Made by a program: the position numbers and the translations under genes. The notes below the pieces were generated by a model. It saw nothing but the letters and a program-made list of their open reading frames with translations, was not told where the DNA came from and ran no database searches. From Lingula anatina (taxonomy: Eukaryota > Animalia > Brachiopoda), in the NCBI GenBank assembly GCA_051362555.1, contig CM120642.1, positions 11,408,001 to 11,472,000 of the forward strand: DNA of 64,000 nt. The letters run 5' to 3'. The stretch's first letter is position 1, and every line of letters begins with the position of its first letter. Positions 13,801-26,699 of this stretch are shown one piece after another.

Positions 13801-15413
13801 TGAACGTCGGTCAACAACAGCCCTTCACAAGATACATTTATATCTGACGATCGTAATCTTGCGTTAGACCTCGAGAGTTTCTATCAATGTACACCGCTGT
13901 TATTTGTTTATTTCAGGTTTAGCAGTAATATAGGTTACTCTGGCTTAGCGTTAAACGCCGAGGGGTTGGGTGCCAATGTATACCTTAATTTTGCTTTGCT
14001 TGGCGCCGCAGACGTTCCAGGGATGGTGCTGTCTATGTTTCTTCTAGACAAAATTGGAAGGAGGAAAATAATCTTTTTTTCTATGTGTGTTGGTGGAGTT
14101 GCTTGCGTATTGACCGGAGTTATACCTAAAGGTGAAACATTTTATTAATATATGCACGAGCTACATTTAGGAATGGAATAGTTTTATGAAATGGCAACAC
14201 ACAAAAGTCAACATTTTTTGTATGCATACGTGTTTTTAATTAATGATTATATAAGAATGCTTCACCCAGTTACTGATTACACGGAATCAAAAGATATAGA
14301 TTAAACAAAAAAAAGTTACCCTATGAATACCCGAGTACGAGTAATTCATTGTGACCGACAGAGAAATAACAAATACCAGATCCTCCAACATGACAATATT
14401 CCTTTATGATAGAATCTTTGTACTTTTTAGATATGCATTGGTTGGTAGTCACATTGGCACTCATTGGTAAAATGATGATAGGAGGCGGGGGAGCTGTAAT
14501 CTGCATGCTAGCGGCTGAGTCTTACCCAACAGTTATTAGGTCTGTCTGCCTCTCTGACAATGTGGCTCTCTGACAAAATTTATCCATTTCTTTCTCACAA
14601 GAAAATGGCGAATACTGCATATAAGCTTGTCGTTTGTACATTTTTTTTCTTATAGAGTATATAACAAAAGAGCTCTCTACGTTTTCTTAGAATTTCAGCT
14701 GGAAGTGTTTGCTTCACGCACAGTAAGGTAGACATACATATGTGTACTGATACAAATTATGTGCACTTTTCAAAGCTGTTGAAAATTATAGTATAATCCT
14801 GCATACAGATGAACCACGAATGATAATACACGTGTTCTTTTCAGAAACGTGAGCCTTAGCTTCGCCGCCTCGATGGCGCGTCTGGGAGGAGTTGTCGCAC
14901 CTCAAATCTTGCTTCTAAGTCAATTCTTCAAGCCTCTTCCATCCGTCGTTTGGGGTTGTATGGCCATATCTGCCGGAGTGATGTCATTATTTTTGAGGGA
15001 GACATTAGGGAAGCCGCTGCCTCAAACAATGGAGGAACTGGACGTTATGCTTGCAGAAAGGAGGTAATATTTACACCGTTTTGCATTTTTATTATTGTCG
15101 TTTTAAATGTATGACAGTCTTTGCGCTGAATGGCATTCATTTACTTCGAATATTTTAGAATCAACACACCAAATACGATTTAATAAGCGAAATTTAAAAT
15201 TAAAAAAAAAGAAACAAAAGAAAAGAAAAAACGGCTCTTAAAGAAGATAAAATATTTATTGATTTTCTAACGTTGTTAAAGCATGACGACAGGTGTCATT
15301 TTTATTAATAACAATAAACACGTTTTAAACTCAACAGCATGAAGTTCTGGAAAAAGGTACCACAAAGCGACGAAGCGGCAAAGGAGACAGAAATGCAAGC
15401 CATGGATGCCTGA
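10875..15413 (+). CDS. SLC22/organic cation transporter-like, paralogue C (9 coding exons)
   Basis: Exons 10875-11429, 11773-11876, 12139-12293, 12870-13038, 13357-13581, 13917-14131, 14431-14539, 14845-15063, 15338-15413. Same intron positions as paralogue B; motifs MHFDEFLKILGQFGTYQ, RFGRRP, ESVRWL, ESYPTVIR, ETLGKPLPQT. Confidence 0.92.
12379..12629. mobile_element. MITE with CAG termini and 5-bp TSD (hAT-like), intronic
   Basis: TIR CAGGGCCGTAGCCT ... AGGCTACGGCCCTG; direct repeat GTTTT at 12374-12378 and 12630-12634. Confidence 0.85.
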
Positions 15414-15727
15414 TGTCCAGTGTAATTTTAATCTCTTCAAATTGTTATATCGACTTCACTCAAATTTGTTCTATATAATTTTATACAAGCAAGCCGCAAA
15501 TTTTAATTTTAATTTGACTTAAAAGTTAGGATTAAATTTTGTTCTCATGGGTTTTTGCTACTCGCACATAGAAGGTGCTGAAGGCGCAAGTACTCGTTTG
15601 TAACGCTCAATGCTAACAGACAAGCACAGTACACATGGGTTGTCTTAATATAGTCGTGTCTTCCCTTGACACGTCTCCCACTTCAAAACATCGTGACATC
15701 GCCAGAGACTGGGCAGATAAACCAGTA

Positions 15728-18700
15728 TTACATTAGTCCATTTTTGATAACGTTATGAAGAGGGTATTTCCCCTGGCCACATCCGGCACCACTGAAGTCA
15801 TCCAAGGCGTAATCCCACGTGAAGGCGCCAGCATAACCTTGGGCTTTTATCCATTCCACCTAAAACGGAGCGCTTTTATCTATATGTGTCTAACGATGGA
15901 AAAGCGACTAGTTTAACACTAATCATCACATTTAAATGTGTGCAAGAATTACTGGCGTTTTTCTCACCACTGATTGACAGCGCTCTACCACTAGTTCTCG
16001 TCCTTCGAAATATGAAATGTGCTTTTTTTCATTTTCAATGTTTTTTTTGTTTTTTTTTTTGCATCAAGGTTATTTATTCAAATGGTGTTGTTGGCCTTTA
16101 CTTTGTTACATTTAACTTCTTATCCTTATCCTCACAAACAAAAAATAAATAACAAGACATTCCGCAACCAAGACAAAGATTTTTACGTGAATAAAGATAT
16201 TTTTTTAAAATCCTACCTTGGTTTTCAAACTTATCTGATTGTCAAAACTAATCCACTCCATTCCTCCATATTGAGCCTTTCCATAAGCGTATGGCACCTT
16301 GGCTGTATCGTCCATGACATACTTATAGCCTTGCTTTAAGAGGCTGCAAATCTAAAGACAAAAATTTTAAGTGTCAGATCCAGGATTATTTTTAGGGGGA
16401 CCCGACAGGCCTCGGATGCAAAGCTGACCCTCCCCCCTCCCCCTTTGGCGGTGCCAATTGGTCCGGTTTTTATGAGGGGAGTATTGGTGTGATTTTTTGT
16501 CAGAAATCGAAGGGGCGTCAGGGCCCCCTGACACCCGCCCTACATCCGCCACAGAGTGTCTTGAGTTTATAGCAATCTTGTCACAGAGAAAGCTTTTATC
16601 CCAATTAATCGTTCCGTAATCTCTACCAATTTGTATGATTTACAGTTTTTGACATTTTTTTAGAGGTAGTTGTAGAATATTTTCACATATTTAGTGTTTT
16701 CACATGTCAAGCTAATGTTTAAAACGTGAAAGGTGAATCAGTAATATAAGCCTTGCGTCTAATAACTTTCATATAAGTAATACCTCGTAGTAAGCGAGGA
16801 ATCCGGCTTGTCTTGTAAACGTTCCTGCTGGTCCTGCCCCCTTGTCAGGAGCACCGATGCCGCAGTCTTTGTCATCGACTAAGGTAAAAGTGTGCCCATA
16901 TGTTGGAAGTCCTACAATTAGTTTATTTTTTGGCGATCCATTTTTCTCCCAATACTTCATAACCCACTCCTGAAATAAGGTAAAAGAGACGTTTCAAAAT
17001 GTGTTATTTAAAATGCAAGTACAGAACATGTACCTTCAAGTTAAGGGTCTTCATATGTAAGTTTCTTAACTTACATATATAAGTGTGGTCTTTTAAGATT
17101 TTAAAATAAATGATAGACACGGTATCAGGACAATTCCCCCCCCCCCGGACAATTCCCCCCCGGACAATTCCCCCCGGAAGATTCCCCCCCACCCCCGAAG
17201 AATATATATATTTATATACAAAAATATAAAGTAAAGAATACAAAGTTCAAAGTTCTTTTCATCCATTTTCTGAATATTTCTTTGTGTGATGATGCAAATC
17301 AAGGATAGATAATATTAATTTTATTAAAAATTTATTTTCTTGGAGTACAAGTACATTAAATTTTCGAGATAGAAGTACAGAACATTTTATTAAAAATCTG
17401 ATCAAAGAATATATATCTCCAGGTAAAGGAGGGGTAAACAGTTGATCTCACTCATCCAGGTAGCCCTTTGATGAATTAACTGTTACTTTTAATTGCTTTA
17501 TTTCTCTCCCCCCCCCCCCCCTTGATTCAGTAAGTCTTGAATAAAGGTGCATCTCTAGGGAGAGGTGGGGTAAACAGATTTTCTCGCTTATCCAGGTATC
17601 CCTGTGACGATTTGTCACTTTTAATTGCTTGACCACCACCCACCACACTAAAATATTTATAAAATATCTTTTACCTGTTCATCTGTTTACCCCACTTTTA
17701 CCTGAAGGATAGGTGGTTATACTTCGATTAGATACTTAATAAATCTTCCTGTACTTGTACTCAACGAAACGGGAATTTGTTATAAAATAATTTGTTTCAT
17801 GATGATGTTATATTATCACACTAAAAATGTTAATAAAATAGATGAAATGTTTAAAACTTTACACTTTCTACTTTATATTTGTATATTAATATATATTTCT
17901 TGGGGGGGAATCGTCCGGGGGGGAATTGTCCGGGGGGAATTGTCCGGGGGGGAATTGTCCTAGAATCGATAGACACGCATCCTTATAAATTCAAGCCAAC
18001 GAGTACCAATACAACATGCACGTGCAAATAATGATACCAGAAAAGCATAAGAGTCATGTCTTGTGCATCCTGAGATTTGAAGACTCTTGGGAAACCCTCC
18101 TCTCGGCATTAGTCAAGGCGGTGTTAAAGGATAAATCCCAATAAGTCGTGGTAATGATGAAGGTTTTTTCCACCTCTATGCAATATCAACTTACCACGTT
18201 AAGCTGGGTATCGGGCCCCTTGGCTCCTTTAAATGGATACAGAGGACTGTTCAGCCCGGTCACATTGGCCCATGGACCCATCAGGTCGTATGACATGACC
18301 AGGACGTAGTCTAACGTTCTGAAACATGGTATTAATGCATGTTCAAGGGATCTTGGCAAAGATCAAGCTAGCGGTGTAATTTTGCCATTGCCTGATATCT
18401 CTCAATTGTATATCGGTATCTCCTCCCAATTGTAGTGTTTTCATGACATATACTTTTATTTAAGGATTGGAAAATGAAAATATTACAAAGAAAATCGAAA
18501 TTCTAATGAAATACGACTTACTTTGAAATCTTTGGAACATCGTATGCGTATTTGATGTACTTTAAACCTGCGGCAACTGCTGAAGTTAGCAATAATTTTG
18601 TTTTGTTAGAATTCTTTGCTTCCTCTGTATAAGCCGCTTGCAATTCCTGAAACAACGTTAATGACATATCTTGACTTACTTGATATTATTTAAAGTCCCA

Positions 18701-20145
18701 TGTTACGCAGGAATGTATGGTAGACTTTTTTTATCTAATGTTGACCGTTTCCTTGATTTAGTTAAAACGAGGTTTCCCGTTAATAAATGTAAATCAATTT
18801 GGATAATTATATAGTTTTTTTTTTAGCCCATAAAGAACATTTGCTGGAACGAAGGATTGATCGCGTATTATCTTTTACCTGCAGAAGTTCAGTAAATGTA
18901 TTTATATCCGATGGCTTTCCTCCTCTGCTTCCTGGGTATTCCCAATCTAGCAGAAGACCATCAAAAGTTCTGTTCCTCAAAAACTGGATTGACGTCATGA
19001 CGAACTCTCGCCTGCTTTCCTTAGTTGCCGCCATTTGACTGAATGGCTCAGATTTCATGTTCCAGCCACCCACAGCAAGAAGTGTTTTAAAATTAGGGTT
19101 AATCTTCTTAAGGTCATTGAAACGTTCATACCTAGCAAAATATGTTTAAATGCACAACTTATGTTATAATTTTAAACGCTACGGTCCTGATAAATTGTTA
19201 GAAAATAACTAAGTTAAAAAGGAAAATTAATAAACCAAGGCGGTTGTTTGTTTCTTAATGACACGATTTTTCGAAAATTTGGAAAAAAACAAAATCAACA
19301 GCATGTGGTTCAAGTTGAAAGTAAATTGCCGAAAGTAAATTGTTACGCAATTAATAAAATTTATCCATTAGATCTCCCTCTGAAAGTTATCAAATATCTC
19401 ACGTGATCCACTTACAGTCCTTTTTTCCAAGGCGTGGAGTCATCGTCCCACTCATAGGGGGCCAGTTGGTTTCCGTTCAGCTTGGCGAAAGCGTAAACGC
19501 CGTGCGTGCACAAGTGGGGGTCCACCTGTTCCGGAAAGAACTTCCCCATGCCTTGGCGATACTGGGCCCAGTTGGTGAAGAAGCAAAATAATGACTTGGA
19601 TGTGGGGGTTGATACTTGAACTGCAATGATATAATTAAAGACTGATCATTTTGTACAAGGAAGTGCTAAATGTAGAAAAAATGTATTTGTAATTTAAACC
19701 ACATAAACGTTAGCTATTAATAGATGTGCACAATCACTTTCAACGCTGAATAGCTTGTTTTGTATACTTTTAAAAATATAAGTATGTTATTTAAATATTT
19801 TCATTATTTATTATTATCATTATTATTATTTTATTATCATTATTATTATTTCAACAGTTCTTCAACCTGTTGCAAGCTGAATCATATTGAAATAGCGATT
19901 ACTATGCATCATTCATACTGATTAGATATTTTAGTGCCTACTTCCTGTTGCATGCATATTATCCCTTTCATTTTAATTTTCAAAAAACATTTTACATTTG
20001 GTCAAGTGGAAATAGTAATTGCAAAATGATGCTTTTAGATAATTAACAAAATCCAAATACCTTCGTTGTTTTCTGTCCCTCGTGTACATTCCAAGGTGAC
20101 AGCAGTCGTAAGTAGCAGAATGCAAATACTCCTGTAAGTACTCAT
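15728..20145 (-). CDS. Secreted GH18 chitinase/chitinase-like protein, ~414 aa, catalytic domain only
   Basis: Exons 20145-20061 (signal peptide), 19620-19416, 19131-18879, 18646-18522, 18318-18195, 16969-16784, 16351-16217, 15859-15728. Motifs CFFTNWAQYR, DPHLCTH, KTLLAVGGWN, FDGLLLDWEYPG, MSYDL, GLPTYG, GFLAYYEIC, WDYALDDF. Confidence 0.92.
16370..16553. mobile_element. Degenerate GC-rich MITE related to the GGCGGATCC-terminus family, in a chitinase intron
   Basis: Ends gtgtcagatccagg ... tacatccgccac resemble the termini of the elements at 8622 and 54915; no clear TSD. Confidence 0.45.
17121..17967. mobile_element. Foldback/Mutator-like non-autonomous element with long TIRs, in a chitinase intron
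   Basis: Left end (GGACAATTCCCCCC)n is the reverse complement of right end (GGGGGGAATTGTCC)n; inverted similarity continues ~300 bp inward. 9-bp direct repeat GATAGACAC at 17112-17120 and 17968-17976. Confidence 0.85.
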
Positions 20146-20592
20146 GGTGACGCCAGTGCCTCACAAGTCCACAACGGTGACACAAAATACTATGGAAAAA
20201 TCAGTAAATGGTCCAGAATAATATGCGTGCAGCTTCACATACATACATACAGTGTATATGCTGCAATAATGGTAATCATATCCGATAACATAGTAAGTTG
20301 CGTGATTGATACTGTGATATGAGAGCATAGATAATCGAATAGTAAAAGTTATGTATGATTATCTGTAGTGTCTACAATGCTTTCATTATTCTATTATCAA
20401 TGCTCTCGTATCACTGTATCGAGCAAGCAACTTGCACTATCGAATTTGTTGCTATTTGTAGTGCTCAATATAATCATTATTATCTATAAGGGTAGACCCC
20501 AATATACCGAGATCTCGAACTTGGAAAAAATGTCATCTACTACTTTGTGCGAATCTCTTGCTTTTGATCATGCATCACATGGTCCTGACTCC

Positions 20593-20594
<2 letters not shown>

Positions 20595-20622
<28 letters not shown>
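20595..20622. repeat. (GT)n microsatellite
   Basis: Direct reading. Confidence 0.95.
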
Positions 20623-20623
<1 letters not shown>

Positions 20624-20923
20624 GCTGTGTTTGTGTTTCTAAGACCACAGGTTGAGAAAAACGCTTTGAGCGCACGCCTGTTAAAGCCTACAATATATAT
20701 AAGCAGATTTCAAGTAGCGCCTGTGGTACATATGGTATTCTAGACTCTTGATGAGGGGAAAGAATGAAAATTCTGATGGACTGGGAAAAGGAAAAAGACT
20801 AACAACACGAGATCAGGTACACGATGAGTTAATCCGTAGATACCGAACTTTTAATACAATATAGTGAAATATTAATCTGCAATAGACATCTGACATTTAA
20901 AGTACCAAAATATTAAGGATTGA

Positions 20924-20925
<2 letters not shown>

Positions 20926-20972
<47 letters not shown>
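20926..20972. repeat. (TA)n microsatellite
   Basis: Direct reading. Confidence 0.95.
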
Positions 20973-20976
<4 letters not shown>

Positions 20977-23399
20977 AAATTGAGTTAGATACCGTACCTT
21001 GATGAACCTACAGCATTCTGGTTTTGTCTTGTGTTTTGATGAACAGGAGCAGTCAGAAGTGCACAAGATATTCACAGCCTCATTTATCAGCAGTTGACTC
21101 ACAAGACATCAATTTCCTCCATAAGTATGCGTTTACTATTACTGGCAATGATGCTAATAACTACACGGCGTTGAATTCTACTATTCACTTGCACGGTCAC
21201 GGGAATAAAGATTAATCACGGTCACAGTGCTATGACTATTGTTTCCAATACACTGACCATACGCATATGCAGGTCAGACAGTATTAACTTGGTGTGGTCA
21301 GCCGCTTTCTCAACAGATGTCTATCGCAGCGTCTTAGTCTACTATATAAAAAGCGAAGAGTCATCAGATCTCCCAGGTGTTCATATCATATGTAAATTCA
21401 TCAGGTCACACAGCAGGAGAAAAAAACCAGTCACATTCGTTCCCATTTCTTATCGTCATGCATCTGATAAATAATGACTTGTCTGTGTCTTTGTTTACTC
21501 CGATAGGCCTGTATTCATGATGCTTTCGGAACATTAAGATATTTTTATAAATGTGTGGTGTGAGTTGTACAGATAATACAGAGAAAAACTCCACTGCACA
21601 TTAAATAGTGAGACAGCTGGTAAATTAGTTGTCTGTAAGCGTGTGTTAGACGTTTTAAATATACATCCAGGCCCAGAAAAGGCCCACTTTTTATCAATAT
21701 TTGGTCTAGATGTCATTTCCATTGGATCAATTAATTCCATTTTTTTTTATTAGAAAAAGACCCCCTTGGAAATTGCTTTCATCCTGCTCTAGCGTACTAA
21801 CTTTACACGGTAGCCGTGACTTGAAAGATGTTCACATGAAACTGTTTTCAAAATTCTTCTGGAAAGAATTCTTCTAATTTCTTAGATGTTGGTGGTTTTC
21901 AAAATGTGTATAAGTTTAACTTATTGCAGATTGCTCATTATGTAGGAGTGGAAAATATATTAGAGCTGCGTCTGTAATCCGCTACAGATTTTAAGGTAAA
22001 TGACATATTTCTTGTAAGATTCTACATCATCTCCGTTTTATTTCCGTACTTATCCTTCGTCATCTCTCTGCACAATAACATGCATTTTTTGCCAAAAGCA
22101 GCGATTAAGATGCTAAACGTGCCATGAGACCACCATTAAGACAACCAAATGTGACAAAGCAAAATTTGGAGACATTTTGGTTTTGTTTAATGTACATTAT
22201 ACACAGCTCGCTATTGCTAGGACATCGCGATTTAGATTTCGGTTAGAACACAACCTAAAATATAAGTTATAAACTTATATCAGCAGACAACAGTCATCGT
22301 AATTTGTTTCATTGATTTCAATTTCTATTTCAATCTTTGCATTATTTCATCGGTTTGTTAGTATATTTTTTTATCATATCACACCAAATACTCTAAAATT
22401 ATACAAAACAGATATTCTTTTCTTTTTTTAAAACTTAATTTGTTTTGCTGGAAAAAATAAAATAGTTACTAAAGCCAGAAAAGTCAGTTTCTACTCGATT
22501 AAGACACTTATATGTTTTCGCAAAGGCTTTTCAGATGCAGACACAAGGTCCATTAATCCGAGTCAATAGTAATAATAAGGTGACGGAGAAAGACATCTTA
22601 GTTGTTCGGAAATGTCTCACTTAAAAAGCACAATAAAGTATGAATAACATACGCCCAATAACAAAATGACCAACCATTTCCTACATACATGTAGGTCAAT
22701 TACGACAAATATGCTTCAAAACGTAAAAAAAATACATTAAAGCATACAATTGCAAACTAAATTGAGTGCCATTAAGAGGGATGCTATAATTTCATCCCAT
22801 TTGATTCAGAAACGAACATTTTCCCTCTTCTTCCTAAATTAGTAGACCGCAAAACACACTGAAATTTAATGTCTTACACATTTTGGTGACGCGACTGCGT
22901 ATACTGGGGCTGGCAGGTCCTGTGTGACATTTCTCGCCCGAAGGAAAGTCAATTTGGGGCGAAAGCGTGGGGACATTGGAACGTTTTACACCGGACTGGA
23001 CATCAAAGCTCGATCCTTGGAGGTCTTTCTCGTGAATCTTGGCACACATTCCGGGAACTGCTTATGAAAGAAAAACGCCATTTCTCTACCGAGATTTAAG
23101 CTTACGTGAAAAGTGGACGGTATCGCGTCCCGAAAATGGTTTGAAGACATTTAGATCAACCTTATAGAAGATACGTGAACAACTTGAAAATAAAAGCATT
23201 TTCGAATTTTCACATTCGGAGATTGCATTTCAAACATTCTGTGACTGCGCCTATTTCATCCACATTCAAGGCGGAGGAGAGAAGGCCCAGATAAAACTGA
23301 AACAACGGACCCGTAGATCTAGAGCAAAAGAAAAGTGACACTGATAGAATAAAATTAAGAATTACAAAATCTAAATTTGAACATCTTTTGCCATTTACC

Positions 23400-25898
23400 A
23401 TGGAGAACCAAGAGATGAGTGTCACGATGCAGGAGCGGGTAAAGGCCGCCCTTACGGACCGCCTAGGAATGTTCACCCGCAGTGACGCCCAGAGAGCGCG
23501 GTTCATGCAATACTGTGTCTACATCAGTGTAGCTGTCCTGCTGGTACTGTCAGCGATGATGATCATCGTATTTCCCATTGTTTTCGACAGCTTTTATGCC
23601 CGTACCGTTTACCCGATTAATCAAGGTAATGGTTATCACGTACAAATTAAATATGTTGGTGTTTGTATTAATTTTGATGGTGTTTAAAGAAAACATAAAA
23701 GGAAATATTGCTGATGTTTTACAAATGTCCAAAAATGGTAATTTTTAAGCGTTCTGAGTACTTTCTTACTACCCTGCCCCCAAAGAGAAAAGAGAAAAGC
23801 TAAACTTCCTTTCCTTTATCTGCGTTTTGAAAGAAAATGTGGGACTACAGCATGTTGAAAATAGTGCCAAAATTTTGCCTACGTTGCTCAGATAGAAATT
23901 CTTAAATTTTAAAATATATATACATATATATATAACCCAATCTTTAAAAAACATGGATAACTAATAACTTATCTAAGGTCAGACGGGGCGAGCTTCGTTA
24001 AGCTCCGAGACATTCAGATTTAATGTCACCATATAATTTGCATCAACATTAAGCTAACATTAAGTCTATCTTCCTGAGTTAAATGTCTAGTTATATGTTT
24101 ATTTTTATTCAAGAGCAGGGAATTTTTTATTGAAAAAAAGTTTGAAATGAATTTTAAAGAGAAAGGTTAAAGCATTAAAAAGTATTATGTATCTATTTTC
24201 TAATCAGGGTTTTTCTTCACCCACGTAAAACGAATCCCACTTTTTCCATCTATTTTTAAAATATAAATATCCTAGGAAGGCAAGTCAGCGTGTCTGTTAC
24301 AGGCCTATGAGGACATTCAGAAAATGATGAAATTATATCATAACTATTTGTGGGTTGTACATTTTACTCTTTTCATTCCAGATACTTTAACAGCCACCAC
24401 AGCGGAAAAGCACGTACCAATAGATAAACAAGAGACAACTGAAATGATCCCGACAACATCAACAGAACTGGAATTGTCAACCGAAGTCGATATAGCAACT
24501 ACGGAAGGTCAGCCCTCTAAAACAACAGCCAAACCAAAGAAAAAGACAAAAATCCCAAGTACTACTGTTACTACGAGAAAACCAACCACAACAGAGAAAG
24601 CCACAACAACAACAACCTCTCCTACAACTACGGTTCCAAAATCGACCACCTCACCTCCATCCACCACCACGACGACCAGAAAGACCACGACCACCCCCCT
24701 CAGCCCCACCATCCCCCACTGGTGGCGACTACGCTTGTCATTCTCGATCCCCCAGCCCTGCAGACGGGGTGCCAAATACCTGCACGTGAATTGCAGGAAG
24801 TACCACACCTGTATGACCGACTTTACCCTCCACGAGGCGCAATGCCCGGGCGGAACGATGTTCAACCCGCGGTCTAAAAAGTGTGATCTGGAGAAGTACG
24901 TGCACGAGTTCTGCTACAGAGTACGGCTTACGGAGCCCGAGCCGCCTGTGCAGAGGCGAATCATAACAACAACGACCACAGAGGCCCCGGAAACGACAAG
25001 TAGGTTTTCTGTGCAGAATTATGGTTTTTCTTTCATAAAAGGTGTTACATTATTTAAATGTCAATCATTCAATCTAACCTAGGATCCCACATATACCTGC
25101 GTAAATATGTGTTGAATACATATCGTCAGGCCAAGTTTTGTTTGACAAATTCCGATAATAGAAAACGATATCCTAATAAGTCATAATAATGATTTTTAAA
25201 ACAAAACTTTTACTAATATTTTAGTGATAGTAATCACTTACTTTGGAACAAAATTATTTGTGAAACAACTACGTTTCATGTCAACTCGTCACAAGAGCAT
25301 CATCAGGCCGAATGCCAACATGTTGTTTTGATAGACATGTGAACGATTCTCAATCGAGTTAGTAATTGAAATACGTACATTTTCAGCTCCGCCGCCGCTT
25401 TTTAACCCACCAATTCCGTGCGAGACGAACAGTTTGTTTCCCCACGTCAACTGTACCCTCTTCTACAAGTGTGGTGACAACGGTTTTCCATCGGTGCTGA
25501 CCTGTCCCCCTTCAAGCGAACCGGTGATCGGTACCCTCTTCTACAACGAGCGGACCAAGACTTGCGACCAATTCAACAATGTCCAAGAATGCACCATGGG
25601 CGCACATAGAACCGTCGCCGTGAACTTGATGAACCAGTTCAACCCCCCATTCCCTTGTAAGAACGGAAAGACTTATCCTCATCCGGACTGCAAAAAGTAC
25701 TACACCTGTGTGGGAGAAGTTCCCACAGAAAAGACGTGTCTTCAGCAATTCAAAAGAATGCACTTTACGACGAAGGGAGGGGGTTGTGTGGATGCTACCA
25801 AAACTTTACTCAGTGGAGAGTGCAATAATTCGGACGAAAGACAAATAGATTTTCGAAAAGGAGACGGTGGCAATAATAACGTTGAAGATACAAAATAA
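23400..25898 (+). CDS. Type II membrane (signal-anchor) protein with Thr/Pro-rich mucin stalk and three CBM14/peritrophin-A chitin-binding domains, ~451 aa
   Basis: Exons 23400-23625 (hydrophobic YCVYISVAVLLVLSAMMIIVFPIVF after ~37 polar residues), 24382-24999, 25387-25898, with phase-1 introns. Three 6-Cys units: CRRG..NCRKYHTC..CPGGTMFNPRSKKCD..C, CETN..NCTLFYKC..CP..FYNERTKTCD..C, CKNG..DCKKYYTC..C..C..C. Confidence 0.85.
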
Positions 25899-26699
25899 AC
25901 TTGATATAGGTAATAGAAAGAGCGCAGCGTACAAAACTTATAACTTCCAAATAGATCACTGACAGCTAATTGATTAAAATTTTTAACTACAAATCAAAAT
26001 TTGGTATGAAGAACTCATGTTGATACCTTTAATTCATCATACAGGTTACAATAAAATTACATTATGAGTTTGTTTACAAGCATGTTGCTGCTGTGAACTT
26101 GAATGATAAAACTACATAGTACTGTGCAAAATGTAATATATACAAATATACAAAATATCAACAAGCCATTAGACGTCTTTACTTATAGGACTATACCCAC
26201 ACATCAAATGACATCCAACATGGCAAATTCTGCAGCTGCGTCACAAATTGTTTCTCTGCCACAGACTATGGTTCTTCAATAAGAAACTGCATCACCTTCC
26301 TCAAACACTGGATAAAGAATATGCAAGCTACATGATACTACAAGTCATAACTGGGACACCTTTTACATACCATGATGTAATATTTTAAACTGTTATAGAC
26401 TCTATCAAAGAGGTTCTAAATTCTTTATCTTGTTGTATTTGTCATTGCTGACTTCAAAGCTCCTTTGGTCTTTTCCCCCCGAGATTCCTTCTGTGGAGAA
26501 AGTGAATTTTCTTGAATTTTTCACATCTTGGGCATTGTAACAGCAACATGGCTGATGATCAGTTTTCAGCAAAATGTATCACCTTTTTCTCCTATAACAT
26601 AAATGATTATCCATTAAGAAAGAAGTTTAAAACATAGGACAGCATGAAAATAATTGGAATAAAGTCACAGCATGTTATTCAATCTAATTAATGAAAAAA

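Noticed and set aside
24509-24865. Val-rich hydrophobic minus-strand ORF
   Set aside because: Antisense of the Thr-rich mucin stalk.
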